From the IMG/VR virus record IMGVR_UViG_3300037882_001770, positions 1-64,000 of that record: DNA of 64,000 bases; one strand, 5' to 3'. Numbering within the stretch: the stretch's first letter is position 1; the number at the start of each line of letters is the position of its first letter. This document shows, piece by piece, positions 26,869 through 35,536 of the stretch. The notes beneath the pieces were generated by a model, which saw nothing but the letters and a program-made list of their open reading frames with translations, made no database searches and had not been told where the DNA came from. The position numbers were made by a program, and so were the translations under genes.

Positions 26869-28196
26869 AATTCAAGATACCAGTTGTTTAGTGCAGGAAA
26901 TGCAGATGCAAAATTCTTGCCACGACGGTTGTCGTATTGTTTATAAAAGTTTTTAAAGTCATTCAAAAGTTTTGGCATTTCAAATGCTTCTTTGTGCGGG
27001 GTTTTAACCACATCAAGATAATCAATTAACCGTTGCGTATGATTAACTTCGTGTTCCTGTAGTAGTCCGGTAGGCCTAGCGCGATCTAACCACTGCTCCA
27101 AATTGAGTTTGTATTTTGAAAGTATTTCAGGAGGCAATACTAACGGAGATTGAAAACTTGGAAACCTCAATATGTTCAATGTGAAGTTTGGAAAATCTTT
27201 TCCGTATTGTTTTTTTAGATCTAGGCATACATCCAAAAATTCTGGCAGGCTGTCCAAACACAATGCATTGATAGTGTTCATTACATGCAGTCCTCTGATT
27301 TTTTTACTGCTGGCGATCTTGTGCATGTTATCTACCCATGCTTGCCAGTCAAGACCATCGCGAATGTATTCGGCTTGTGCTCCTACACTTTCATTACTGG
27401 TGTAGATGTCTACTTCTAGTCCGTCAATACTATCCAGTAAACGATCTATATCTACTTCTGCACCTAGATTACTGTTAATAGCCAGCCGAGTCGTACTTTT
27501 ACCTTTGTTGTTTTTAAACCAGTCTAGTAATTTCCAGGTTTCACCCGACATTAGTGGCTCTCCGCCGGTTACTCTCAGTTCTTGAAGAGTCTTGTGTAGA
27601 TCTGTTTCCCACCACTTAAAGAACGCTTCAACATAGGGATTTGTTTCGCCAAAGCGGTATAGTTGAGCACTATTGTGACCATGAGTAAAGTGGTTACGCC
27701 CATCAGACACCAGGCGCTCATAGGGACCGTTGCGTTGTATGTCTTTAACCCATGTACTACTGAAAGCAGGGTTACAATAGCTACAAGCAAATTGGCAAGT
27801 GCGATCGAATGCAATTTCAAGCGTGCGAAGATTGACGTCATCTTCTGGCGGAGTGTTGTATGCTTCATTAAGGGCCTCTATAGGATAAATTTTTGATTTG
27901 TATACACGGTCGCTAATAGCTTCTCGTCCCATGTCTTCAATCTTCCAGCAGTACTCACATCCTGACGGACGTTCTCCTGCTAGCATTTTACGCCGATCGT
28001 CTTTCTTTTGATCAGTGTTGTGTAATAGTTTAGGGTTATCGACAACTTTGTTGATATCAACTAAATGAGCCGGTGGGTGATGACAGCTTGTGGTCATGCC
28101 CGAGCCCAACCATATAGTAGCATTGTACCACTTGGCTCCACAAAAACTGGCACTTTTGGCATCTAATATCTGTTGTCGAAATTCTAAATCATTCAT
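26865..28196 (-). CDS. radical SAM protein (AKW/CHHP subtype)
   Basis: FCGAKW..SCHHP..CEYCW; CQFACSYC; GGEP. Confidence 0.9.
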   Translation of the reverse strand: MNDLEFRQQILDAKSASFCGAKWYNATIWLGSGMTTSCHHPPAHLVDINKVVDNPKLLHNTDQKKDDRRKMLAGERPSGCEYCWKIEDMGREAISDRVYKSKIYPIEALNEAYNTPPEDDVNLRTLEIAFDRTCQFACSYCNPAFSSTWVKDIQRNGPYERLVSDGRNHFTHGHNSAQLYRFGETNPYVEAFFKWWETDLHKTLQELRVTGGEPLMSGETWKLLDWFKNNKGKSTTRLAINSNLGAEVDIDRLLDSIDGLEVDIYTSNESVGAQAEYIRDGLDWQAWVDNMHKIASSKKIRGLHVMNTINALCLDSLPEFLDVCLDLKKQYGKDFPNFTLNILRFPSFQSPLVLPPEILSKYKLNLEQWLDRARPTGLLQEHEVNHTQRLIDYLDVVKTPHKEAFEMPKLLNDFKNFYKQYDNRRGKNFASAFPALNNWYLEL

Positions 28197-29343
28197 TGAT
28201 AGTAAGGTGTTGGTTTATAAATTGAAAAAAACGGTTTGGAAATTCTTGCCGAACTTGCAATCTCATGTCAGCAAGATGTTGTTGATTGTATTTACACGTT
28301 TCTTCCGCAGCGGCTAGGAAAGCTGAAAGATCTTGTTTGCACAATTCCTCAACTACGGCGGCTATACGATCAATTCGTTGTTGCCCATCTTCTATGTTAT
28401 CGAAACTTTCGTCGATTAGATGCCCAAACGTTTTAAATCCTAAATTGTGCAGGTCTCGGTAGTAACCCTGATTAGCTACCACTATAAATGGATGACCAAT
28501 TGCAATGGGTTTCCAAATTTTTTCTGTTCTAAAGCTGTATGGGTAGTCAAACACTGTTTCGGTAACTAGGCTAAAATATGTGTCAATATAAGGAGCTGGC
28601 TCTAGATAGATTTCTCCCCACGAGTTATCAAATAGATTGTACTTTATATAGTCAACTGAAAATTTTGTGTTGACTCGATCTTTATAAAATTTATATTCGT
28701 ACTTGGGATCCAAACACTTGATCACCCCGGGTGCAGACAGCAAATTGGTTGATTGTCTCCATAATTTTATAAAACGACTTTTTACAGGTGTGACGTCGAG
28801 ATTGGTCCAGATACTTTGATCCAGTATATTTGCTAGTTTGAATTTTTCAATAAGATATTTTCTGTGTGGCCGTGAACGCCCGTTTAAAAATAAAAACTTA
28901 TAAGGTTTGTCGGACCTGGCATAGATCTCATCAACTCTGGCGGCTGCTTCTACATTTTCTTCATAATCATACAGTTTAGGCAAAAAACTATCGTATTGTA
29001 AACATTTGTAGGAATCATCCATGTCGCCGCCGCCAATGATTAAAACTTTTCCAGCATGTGCTAGATCTTCAATGGGTATCGCCTGCATTAGCTGACCAGC
29101 AATAGTTTCAGAGCCTTCGGCTGGATTGCTAAAAATGTAGTATGCAAGACCTTGCTCAATTTCTCTTCTAATTCGTTCATGATACTTTATAAATTCTTTA
29201 CGGCTGATTACATACACTGCGCCCGGAATGGTTTCATGATTGCTAAAGTCCCAGAAGTCTCCGTCGGCGTAAGGTTGTAGTAAGTCGTAGACTTCACAAA
29301 ATGTATCTAGAATTAGTTTAAATTGTTTTTGCATGATACTCAC
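28189..29343 (-). CDS. putative glycosyltransferase ('TEK' family)
   Basis: FSLVTET...RTEKIWKPI...HPFI...GFKTF...DESFD. Confidence 0.6.
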   Translation of the reverse strand: MSIMQKQFKLILDTFCEVYDLLQPYADGDFWDFSNHETIPGAVYVISRKEFIKYHERIRREIEQGLAYYIFSNPAEGSETIAGQLMQAIPIEDLAHAGKVLIIGGGDMDDSYKCLQYDSFLPKLYDYEENVEAAARVDEIYARSDKPYKFLFLNGRSRPHRKYLIEKFKLANILDQSIWTNLDVTPVKSRFIKLWRQSTNLLSAPGVIKCLDPKYEYKFYKDRVNTKFSVDYIKYNLFDNSWGEIYLEPAPYIDTYFSLVTETVFDYPYSFRTEKIWKPIAIGHPFIVVANQGYYRDLHNLGFKTFGHLIDESFDNIEDGQQRIDRIAAVVEELCKQDLSAFLAAAEETCKYNQQHLADMRLQVRQEFPNRFFQFINQHLTINE

Positions 29344-30739
29344 ACTCTGCCCACCATGAACTCATTTCTGGAAAGGTTTCTAAAAAATTAGTTCCGCGTC
29401 GACGATCGTGTTCGCTAAAAAATTTGTAAAAGTCGGCCTTGTTACGATTAATATATGTAGGATCTAACTTTTGTCCATCGCGCATCCAGGCTATGTCTCG
29501 GTCCAATCTAGCTATCTCGTAGTCTTTGAATCCTTTAAAACGAGTTTCTTCTGTTTCAATTTGTCGAATCATCCAAGCCCATAATTGTTCAAGTTGGTCC
29601 ACATAACTTTCAGGCAACAGTTGCAGACTCTGCCATGTGGGCTGACGTAGAACTGGAGTATCAAACCATACACGCTGATAAGTGTTGCTGTATATTTTAC
29701 GTAGTCCTAGTATGCCAGCGAACAACGAACTAAGATTAGTGACACTAAGATTATTCATAGTAACAATAAAGGTAATGCTGTTTCGTCCTGGTATCTCCGT
29801 CAGGAACTGATTAACACGATCCCACAACAGGTCAAAATTTAGACCGTGTCTAATATATTCTGCTTGATCACCAAAACTGTCTAAACTGATAAACTGCATG
29901 AAGTGTTCAATTTTTTCACCTTCACATAGTTCCTTTACATACCCCTTATACTTCTGCCAGGACTTTTCATCCACGCTGAAGTTACTAGTCACATTCAAGT
30001 GTAGGTCTGGTTTGGGGTTGGCCAACACGTAATCAAAGACACGATAGGTATTTTTATCTAACATGGGTTCGCCACCAGTCATACGAAAGTGTTGTAGTTC
30101 TGGGTATAGTGTGGGCCACCATTCCCAAAATGCATCTACATACGGATTGTCTTCGCGGACAGGTATAGGACGATTCCGGCCAACAAAGTGGCCAGGATCA
30201 TTGTGAGTAGTTGATGTAGGATATCCTCCTAGGCGATCAACTTCTTGTTGCCAAGTACTACTAAACTGCGGACTACAATAACTGCAAGCAAGATTGCATA
30301 CGTGATTAAAATTAACTTCCACATAACTAGGAACAACATCTTCGTCTCCATTGGAGTTTACTATAATATCAAAGTCCTTGGCAGCCCAAGGCTCGCCACT
30401 ACGATAATGTCTGTCGCTTAACTTGTTGTTATCCTCCATGGCCCAGCAGTAGCTACATTCGCTAGGGCGTTCTTGCTTGAGCATAATCTTACGTTGTTCT
30501 TTCTTGTAAGGAGTATTATGCAATGCGGCAGGATTATTCTTTAATAGTTCTGCAGGTATAGGATGTAACGGTGGATGATAACAACTATTATTAAGTCCGG
30601 TTGGCAGATGTAAACTTACCTGTTTCCATTTGGCCAAGCAAAGTGCATGACCAAGTTGATCTTTCATTTCTTCGGCAGATGACAAGAACTTTGATTTAAA
30701 GTCTTGTGTCATATTGTCGCCTTTGTTTTGAGAATTCAT
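29318..30739 (-). CDS. radical SAM protein (AKW/CYHP subtype)
   Basis: LCLAKW..SCYHP..CSYCW; CNLACSYC; GGEP. Confidence 0.9.
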   Translation of the reverse strand: MNSQNKGDNMTQDFKSKFLSSAEEMKDQLGHALCLAKWKQVSLHLPTGLNNSCYHPPLHPIPAELLKNNPAALHNTPYKKEQRKIMLKQERPSECSYCWAMEDNNKLSDRHYRSGEPWAAKDFDIIVNSNGDEDVVPSYVEVNFNHVCNLACSYCSPQFSSTWQQEVDRLGGYPTSTTHNDPGHFVGRNRPIPVREDNPYVDAFWEWWPTLYPELQHFRMTGGEPMLDKNTYRVFDYVLANPKPDLHLNVTSNFSVDEKSWQKYKGYVKELCEGEKIEHFMQFISLDSFGDQAEYIRHGLNFDLLWDRVNQFLTEIPGRNSITFIVTMNNLSVTNLSSLFAGILGLRKIYSNTYQRVWFDTPVLRQPTWQSLQLLPESYVDQLEQLWAWMIRQIETEETRFKGFKDYEIARLDRDIAWMRDGQKLDPTYINRNKADFYKFFSEHDRRRGTNFLETFPEMSSWWAECEYHAKTI

Positions 30740-31317
30740 TGTTCTATTAGTTTTATTAAATTACGAAACAAATGAGCCGTGCCGTCGGCATTTAAGTGCC
30801 CATCTGGTAACCGATGTGAAGGAGTAACATGCGGAAGGAACACCGGTATTTTCACATTTCGCGGTTCCCAACTAAAAAATAAAACTTGTTTATTTTGAGA
30901 AATAATATTTGAATACGCGGTAGATACCAACATGTCACTTACGGAATTCCAATGATCGGTATCAAACAAACTGTATAAAGATTTATGTAAAAGTTGATAG
31001 CTGTCCTCGATGCATTGACTGTCTAATTCCAGCGGAAGTTCAATAAATTCTTTTGATGATAACAGGTCAATATTTTGTTTATGATATTTTAAATGCCATC
31101 TAGAACTAAAAGTCCACCCAACAACTACTGCATCGTGTTTTTCAAAATTTTCATAAACATCAAGTGCTATTGCAGAATTACTTTTTCCAGGTCTTGATAA
31201 ATTTGTAACCTCATATCCCAGCTCAACAAAATGCTGGTTAAGTGTTTCTTTAGGATCAAGATGCAATCCGTAAGTAAAGCTACATCCATCGATCAATAAT
31301 CTTTGTTGCATTACCAT
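30736..31317 (-). CDS. SGNH-like protein
   Basis: GCSFTYG, GKSNSAI, DGHLN. Confidence 0.65.
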   Translation of the reverse strand: MVMQQRLLIDGCSFTYGLHLDPKETLNQHFVELGYEVTNLSRPGKSNSAIALDVYENFEKHDAVVVGWTFSSRWHLKYHKQNIDLLSSKEFIELPLELDSQCIEDSYQLLHKSLYSLFDTDHWNSVSDMLVSTAYSNIISQNKQVLFFSWEPRNVKIPVFLPHVTPSHRLPDGHLNADGTAHLFRNLIKLIEQ

Positions 31318-32237
31318 CCTTCTTGTCTGCGTATTACATCTATTTCTCTAACCATAACCCCTTGATTATGCCAGTTGCTACGGTAGTGATTTTTAAAAAA
31401 CTTACTTGCAATTTGATCTAGCCATATAATAGGCAAGTCCAACTGCGATGCTAAATCGTCTGAAATACGGCCAGCAACTAATTCTGGATCATGCGACTCG
31501 ATAGTTTTCCATAGTTCAGCCAGTGCATCAAAATTTTGCACTTGTTTATAATCCCACTCAGTAAGCATGGTCATGTAAGTTCCCATTCTTGCTCCGACTA
31601 TGCTCCAAATGCCATGGTCAACATCTCGACCAACATTGTGCCATATGCTAAGATGATCAAAGTTTCTGTGATGGACTCTTTCTCTAAAATCTGCTACAGT
31701 GGGAATTGATCCTTTGTTCAAGCACATTTTAACACCTTCTCTGAAGCCAGCTCTCCAAGCATGAAAAGGACTGCCGTTTGGGTAAGTCACACTGTAACAA
31801 TCATGCATGGCCCAATACAACGGATCAAAACAAAATTCAACCACTGTTTCGTCACGACCGTCGGTAACTTCGTGGGTTCGCATATCATTGACAAACTTTC
31901 GTGTCCACGAACTAAGCCCACCATTGCCATACATGAGTCCATTGACGTGGTTTCTAGCTCGCCAACGAAATACTGCATTCTCCCATTGTGGATCTGGGAA
32001 GGTCAAAGTTAAATTAAAAAATTCTGGACTAGGTAAATTATCGCCATCGATCAGAATAAATCGCTCTGTATCACTGGCAGCCGCAGCGGCTTTGTGTGCC
32101 GCGTCACTGCCCTTGACTCCGTCTACACGCTTGGCCCACGGAATCATATTTTGTATTTTTATCCAAAATTCTTCCTTTTGTGGCTCGTCATACGTTAGAT
32201 AAACGCAGTCCAAGTCTGCTACATCAATTTGATTCAT
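31311..32237 (-). CDS. putative GT-A fold glycosyltransferase
   Basis: VYLTYDEP, GVKGSDAAH, ILIDGDN (DxD after hydrophobic strand). Confidence 0.65.
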   Translation of the reverse strand: MNQIDVADLDCVYLTYDEPQKEEFWIKIQNMIPWAKRVDGVKGSDAAHKAAAAASDTERFILIDGDNLPSPEFFNLTLTFPDPQWENAVFRWRARNHVNGLMYGNGGLSSWTRKFVNDMRTHEVTDGRDETVVEFCFDPLYWAMHDCYSVTYPNGSPFHAWRAGFREGVKMCLNKGSIPTVADFRERVHHRNFDHLSIWHNVGRDVDHGIWSIVGARMGTYMTMLTEWDYKQVQNFDALAELWKTIESHDPELVAGRISDDLASQLDLPIIWLDQIASKFFKNHYRSNWHNQGVMVREIDVIRRQEGW

Positions 32238-32577
32238 AAGTTTTTACACTCCATTTAATATGTGGTTGAGATTCGTTTACAACAACGCAAACGTCTCGAG
32301 GATCACACGCAACTCCGTCGGTTGACGGCGCAAGTTTTATATTGGCCTGGGTGGTAACTCTAACCAGTTGGCTGTTGATTACCTTAACTCGGCTCGGCGA
32401 TTCGGCATAGGTTGTTGCATCGATATCTATGTAATTACCTGGCATATCCTCCATACTGTAAAATAGCGGATTACCATCGTTGTCATAGTACAGTCTATAA
32501 AATATTTTTAATGGCTTTGTGTCTGGAACTTCGGCCCAGGCAGCCCAAAAATTATCTGTGGTGTTATCATTGATCAT
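32224..32577 (-). CDS. hypothetical protein
   Basis: ATG 32577 overlaps upstream stop. Confidence 0.7.
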   Translation of the reverse strand: MINDNTTDNFWAAWAEVPDTKPLKIFYRLYYDNDGNPLFYSMEDMPGNYIDIDATTYAESPSRVKVINSQLVRVTTQANIKLAPSTDGVACDPRDVCVVVNESQPHIKWSVKTYESN

Positions 32578-33350
32578 GATATAACCCAATCTTTTACGTG
32601 GTAATGTACAAAACCCCATTGTGCTACTGTATTAATTCTAAGCCCAGGATCAGTATGTTCCCATATTAGTTCCTGGGTCCAGTTTTTGCTTTGAATTGGA
32701 ATAACATGTTTTTTCATATGTACTATAGTAGGGCCCATACCAGACGGTAGTGTACAAAGCTCGGGTCCAAGAATTTGTGCAGCTAATGCATACACAACAT
32801 CAGTAGTTGCTACATCGTCTCGGAACTTTAACAAGGTTTTGTACTGCTCCCAATTTTCAAATATTTTTCGTACGGTGCGGAAAAATTCTTGCGCAAAGGG
32901 GCTGGCACGCCAGTAGGTAATAGCATTATACACGTCTGGCAAATGGTTTGAATCAAATAGTTTTCTGTAATGTCTCGAGGTCGATAGTTCATCGTAAAAA
33001 TTTCTGCAACCAGTACTAATTACTAAATCTCTGGTTTCAAATAACTTCCACCAGTGGTCAATTGGACTCGCCGCAAGCATGTCTGCTTCTAGTTTAATAG
33101 TTTGTCTGTAAGGACTAGCAGAAAACACTTGCCAGTCATTAGCATAGCCTCCTAGGTCACCATATGGTAACGGAACAACATGATCAAATACTGGATCATT
33201 ACACCGTTCGACTGTAATTACAGAGATGTTGGCATCTGGATGCCATTGACGAATGGACTTGGCCAATTGTACGGCACAGGCCAAGTAGTCCACTGATTCT
33301 GTATTGACAGCCGGTATAAGATAACCGCGTTCAGCAAGGATTGGCAACAA
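32574..33350 (-). CDS. putative GT-A (GT8-like) glycosyltransferase
   Basis: SPYRQTIKLEADML, terminal HYH; paralogue of next gene. Confidence 0.65.
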   Translation of the reverse strand: MLPILAERGYLIPAVNTESVDYLACAVQLAKSIRQWHPDANISVITVERCNDPVFDHVVPLPYGDLGGYANDWQVFSASPYRQTIKLEADMLAASPIDHWWKLFETRDLVISTGCRNFYDELSTSRHYRKLFDSNHLPDVYNAITYWRASPFAQEFFRTVRKIFENWEQYKTLLKFRDDVATTDVVYALAAQILGPELCTLPSGMGPTIVHMKKHVIPIQSKNWTQELIWEHTDPGLRINTVAQWGFVHYHVKDWVIS

Positions 33351-34137
33351 TGGCTCCTAATTGACTTTTTCCCATAGCATGGAAATCTTGATTTACTAAC
33401 TTGATCCAGCGGTGTTGTTTTTGTGCTGTAAAATAATCGACTCGATACTGGTCTTGGTCAATTTGTTTTAGGATCGGACCGGATGTGAGTGATGCCAGGC
33501 CCCACGGAATTGTATTATGGTTGATAACATGTCCGTTGACCATCCCCAAGGCAATACTTAACGCATGGTCGTTACGATATGTTGCTTTTGAATTTTTGTA
33601 CACATTTCTATAGTGTAACCAGTTATCATGAATCATGATCATACTGTTAAACAGCAACTCAGCAGTTTTTGAACGCCGAAAAAACATTACTGTGGCCCAC
33701 CACATGGGCATGTTGTGTCGCCCAAACACGTTCAGATCGGTGAATGGCTGTAATCCGGTGATGTCGTATGCTGTGCGGTGTGCTAAAAAATCTTCTTTGC
33801 TTTCTAATAGCACCAGCAGTTGATCACTGGCCACAATATAATCTGCATCGAGCACCATAGTGTTGTCCCACGGTGACAACGCATATGCATCAATTCTATT
33901 GGCATTATACCAGTTGACCACTCCTTCAATATCGCCAAAATGGCGATACGACGGTTCTCTGTGCTTAGTTTTTACCACGCAATCAAAGTTGTAATGCACT
34001 GGAATATTTTCACAATCTGTTACGACACATACAGGAAGATTTAGATGTCGACGAATGTTATTGGCCGACCAGGCTGCCATGGCCAGATAGTCAATCTGAT
34101 CATTATTAAATGCAAAAATTAAAACACCGGTGGTCAT
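33331..34137 (-). CDS. putative GT-A (GT8-like) glycosyltransferase
   Basis: SPWDNTMVLDADY (DxD), RNDHAL, HAMGK. Confidence 0.7.
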   Translation of the reverse strand: MTTGVLIFAFNNDQIDYLAMAAWSANNIRRHLNLPVCVVTDCENIPVHYNFDCVVKTKHREPSYRHFGDIEGVVNWYNANRIDAYALSPWDNTMVLDADYIVASDQLLVLLESKEDFLAHRTAYDITGLQPFTDLNVFGRHNMPMWWATVMFFRRSKTAELLFNSMIMIHDNWLHYRNVYKNSKATYRNDHALSIALGMVNGHVINHNTIPWGLASLTSGPILKQIDQDQYRVDYFTAQKQHRWIKLVNQDFHAMGKSQLGAIVANPC

Positions 34138-34442
34138 CTTGTTTTTGTTAACTCAGTGTACTCAACCAACCAACCGTTTAACTGTTCTTGCCATCGTCGT
34201 TGGCTTTGTTCTAACAGTTCTTTGGTGTTTATTTTGATTGGGTTTTCATACAGATCCAACAGTACCACAGTATCGTTACTTCCACTAGTAACTATTGCAG
34301 AGTGCAATTCTGGACCGGCAAGCCAAAGCCCGCCATTATATGCAAATGTCAGTTTGGCCTGGTATTTTTCTTTGAGCACCCGCTTGGCTGATGCGTGATC
34401 AAATCTGCCGCGAGAGTGTGTGAGTAATTCTTCAGTATTCAT
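34134..34442 (-). CDS. hypothetical protein (first gene of the minus-strand tailoring operon)
   Basis: Coupled ORF directly after a promoter. Confidence 0.75.
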   Translation of the reverse strand: MNTEELLTHSRGRFDHASAKRVLKEKYQAKLTFAYNGGLWLAGPELHSAIVTSGSNDTVVLLDLYENPIKINTKELLEQSQRRWQEQLNGWLVEYTELTKTR

Positions 34443-34448
34443 GAGTTA

Positions 34449-34477
34449 ATTATACAGGAATTTAAAACAAAAAGCAA
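34449..34477 (-). promoter_or_regulatory. sigma70-type promoter for the GT/radical-SAM operon
   Basis: Minus strand TTGCTT (34477-34472), 17 bp, TATAAT (34454-34449); ATG 6 nt downstream. Confidence 0.65.
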
Positions 34478-34483
34478 ATTGAC

Positions 34484-34511
34484 ACTGCCCAATCTTGTTA
34501 AATTGGGCAGT
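34484..34511 (-). terminator. hairpin terminator after the tail-fibre genes
   Basis: ACTGCCCAAT/ATTGGGCAGT 10-bp inverted repeat; T-rich tract follows a few nt later on the minus strand. Confidence 0.6.
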
Positions 34512-34539
34512 TAGATTTTTAAAACTAAATTAATAAATT

Positions 34540-35523
34540 TTAGGCTACTGTGGCAGCAACTGTGGGTGTGCCCCACGATGACTCGGTTAAGTATGTGGCA
34601 CTTGGTGGAAAGTATGTGACCACTGTGGTAGGGGCTGTGCCAAACGTGATACCGGTTGTTGCGGTTCCACCTGAGATATTATCATTTGGAAATAGTGCTC
34701 CGCCTGGATCAGTCCATACAGTAGTCAGCACCAACTGCGTACCCGAGCCAGCGGTTTTAGCACTAAGTTGAATAAACTGGTCTGTGTATGAATAGGTATC
34801 AGCAAACTGCTTGTATAAAATAGTATCTGTGGTAATCAAATCATACCAGCCTGTGGTTGTGGCCAATGTGGTAGGTGTTCCTGTTCCGCCCGACTTGGTA
34901 GTGCCTGTGTAGTTTGTGCCGGCAATGGTTGCAAAATCGCCGCCGGTAATAAAAATATCACCAACTAGTGTGTTGGCCAAGTCATTCCATTCATCGTCAG
35001 CATCTGTACCGGTTGATGTCTTTGATGTTTCCCATTTGATGCGGCCGCCGGCATTGAAAAAATAACGTGCAGCGTTAGCACTACCCCAAGTAATAGTATG
35101 AGTAAACGTGATAGTCCATGCGGTGTTTCCAGAACCAGTGGCAGTAGTTTTAGAACTAGTGCCTGTCCAAGAAGTATATTGACTGCCCGATAATGCAGCA
35201 TTGGCACGATTGGTTGTAAGATTAACTAGGTCTGTATTTAATGCTGACAAAATACCAATAGTGCTGCCTGCAACTGGATTGGCTCTTGATGTAATTCCGG
35301 TTCCTTGGTGCGCAGCCAAAGAACTGATTCTATTATTAAGTGTTGCCCATTGTGTAGCAGTAACCGTTGCGCCTGCCGACACTGTGGCTAATGTGGTACT
35401 TTGCCCGTATCCAGCATTGGTTGAACCCGCTCCCCAAATTCCGTTGACGTTGGCCGCCGCTGTGTCGTTAGCAAAACCATTATAGTCTGTTGCTTGTATT
35501 AATCCGCCTATTGAGTATGTCAT
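34540..35523 (-). CDS. Thr/Gly/Ala-rich virion (tail-fibre-like) protein
   Basis: Composition; ARYFFNAGG; position at the end of the structural module. Confidence 0.65.
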   Translation of the reverse strand: MTYSIGGLIQATDYNGFANDTAAANVNGIWGAGSTNAGYGQSTTLATVSAGATVTATQWATLNNRISSLAAHQGTGITSRANPVAGSTIGILSALNTDLVNLTTNRANAALSGSQYTSWTGTSSKTTATGSGNTAWTITFTHTITWGSANAARYFFNAGGRIKWETSKTSTGTDADDEWNDLANTLVGDIFITGGDFATIAGTNYTGTTKSGGTGTPTTLATTTGWYDLITTDTILYKQFADTYSYTDQFIQLSAKTAGSGTQLVLTTVWTDPGGALFPNDNISGGTATTGITFGTAPTTVVTYFPPSATYLTESSWGTPTVAATVA

Positions 35524-35536
35524 TACTGTATCCTAA

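Noticed and set aside
9413-34442. Firm call of DNA base hypermodification
   Set aside because: No dCMP/dUMP hydroxymethylase, TET/JBP, aGPT-Pplase or 7-deazaguanine genes recognised, and ThyX looks canonical. It is kept only as an alternative since such genes could lie outside the window.
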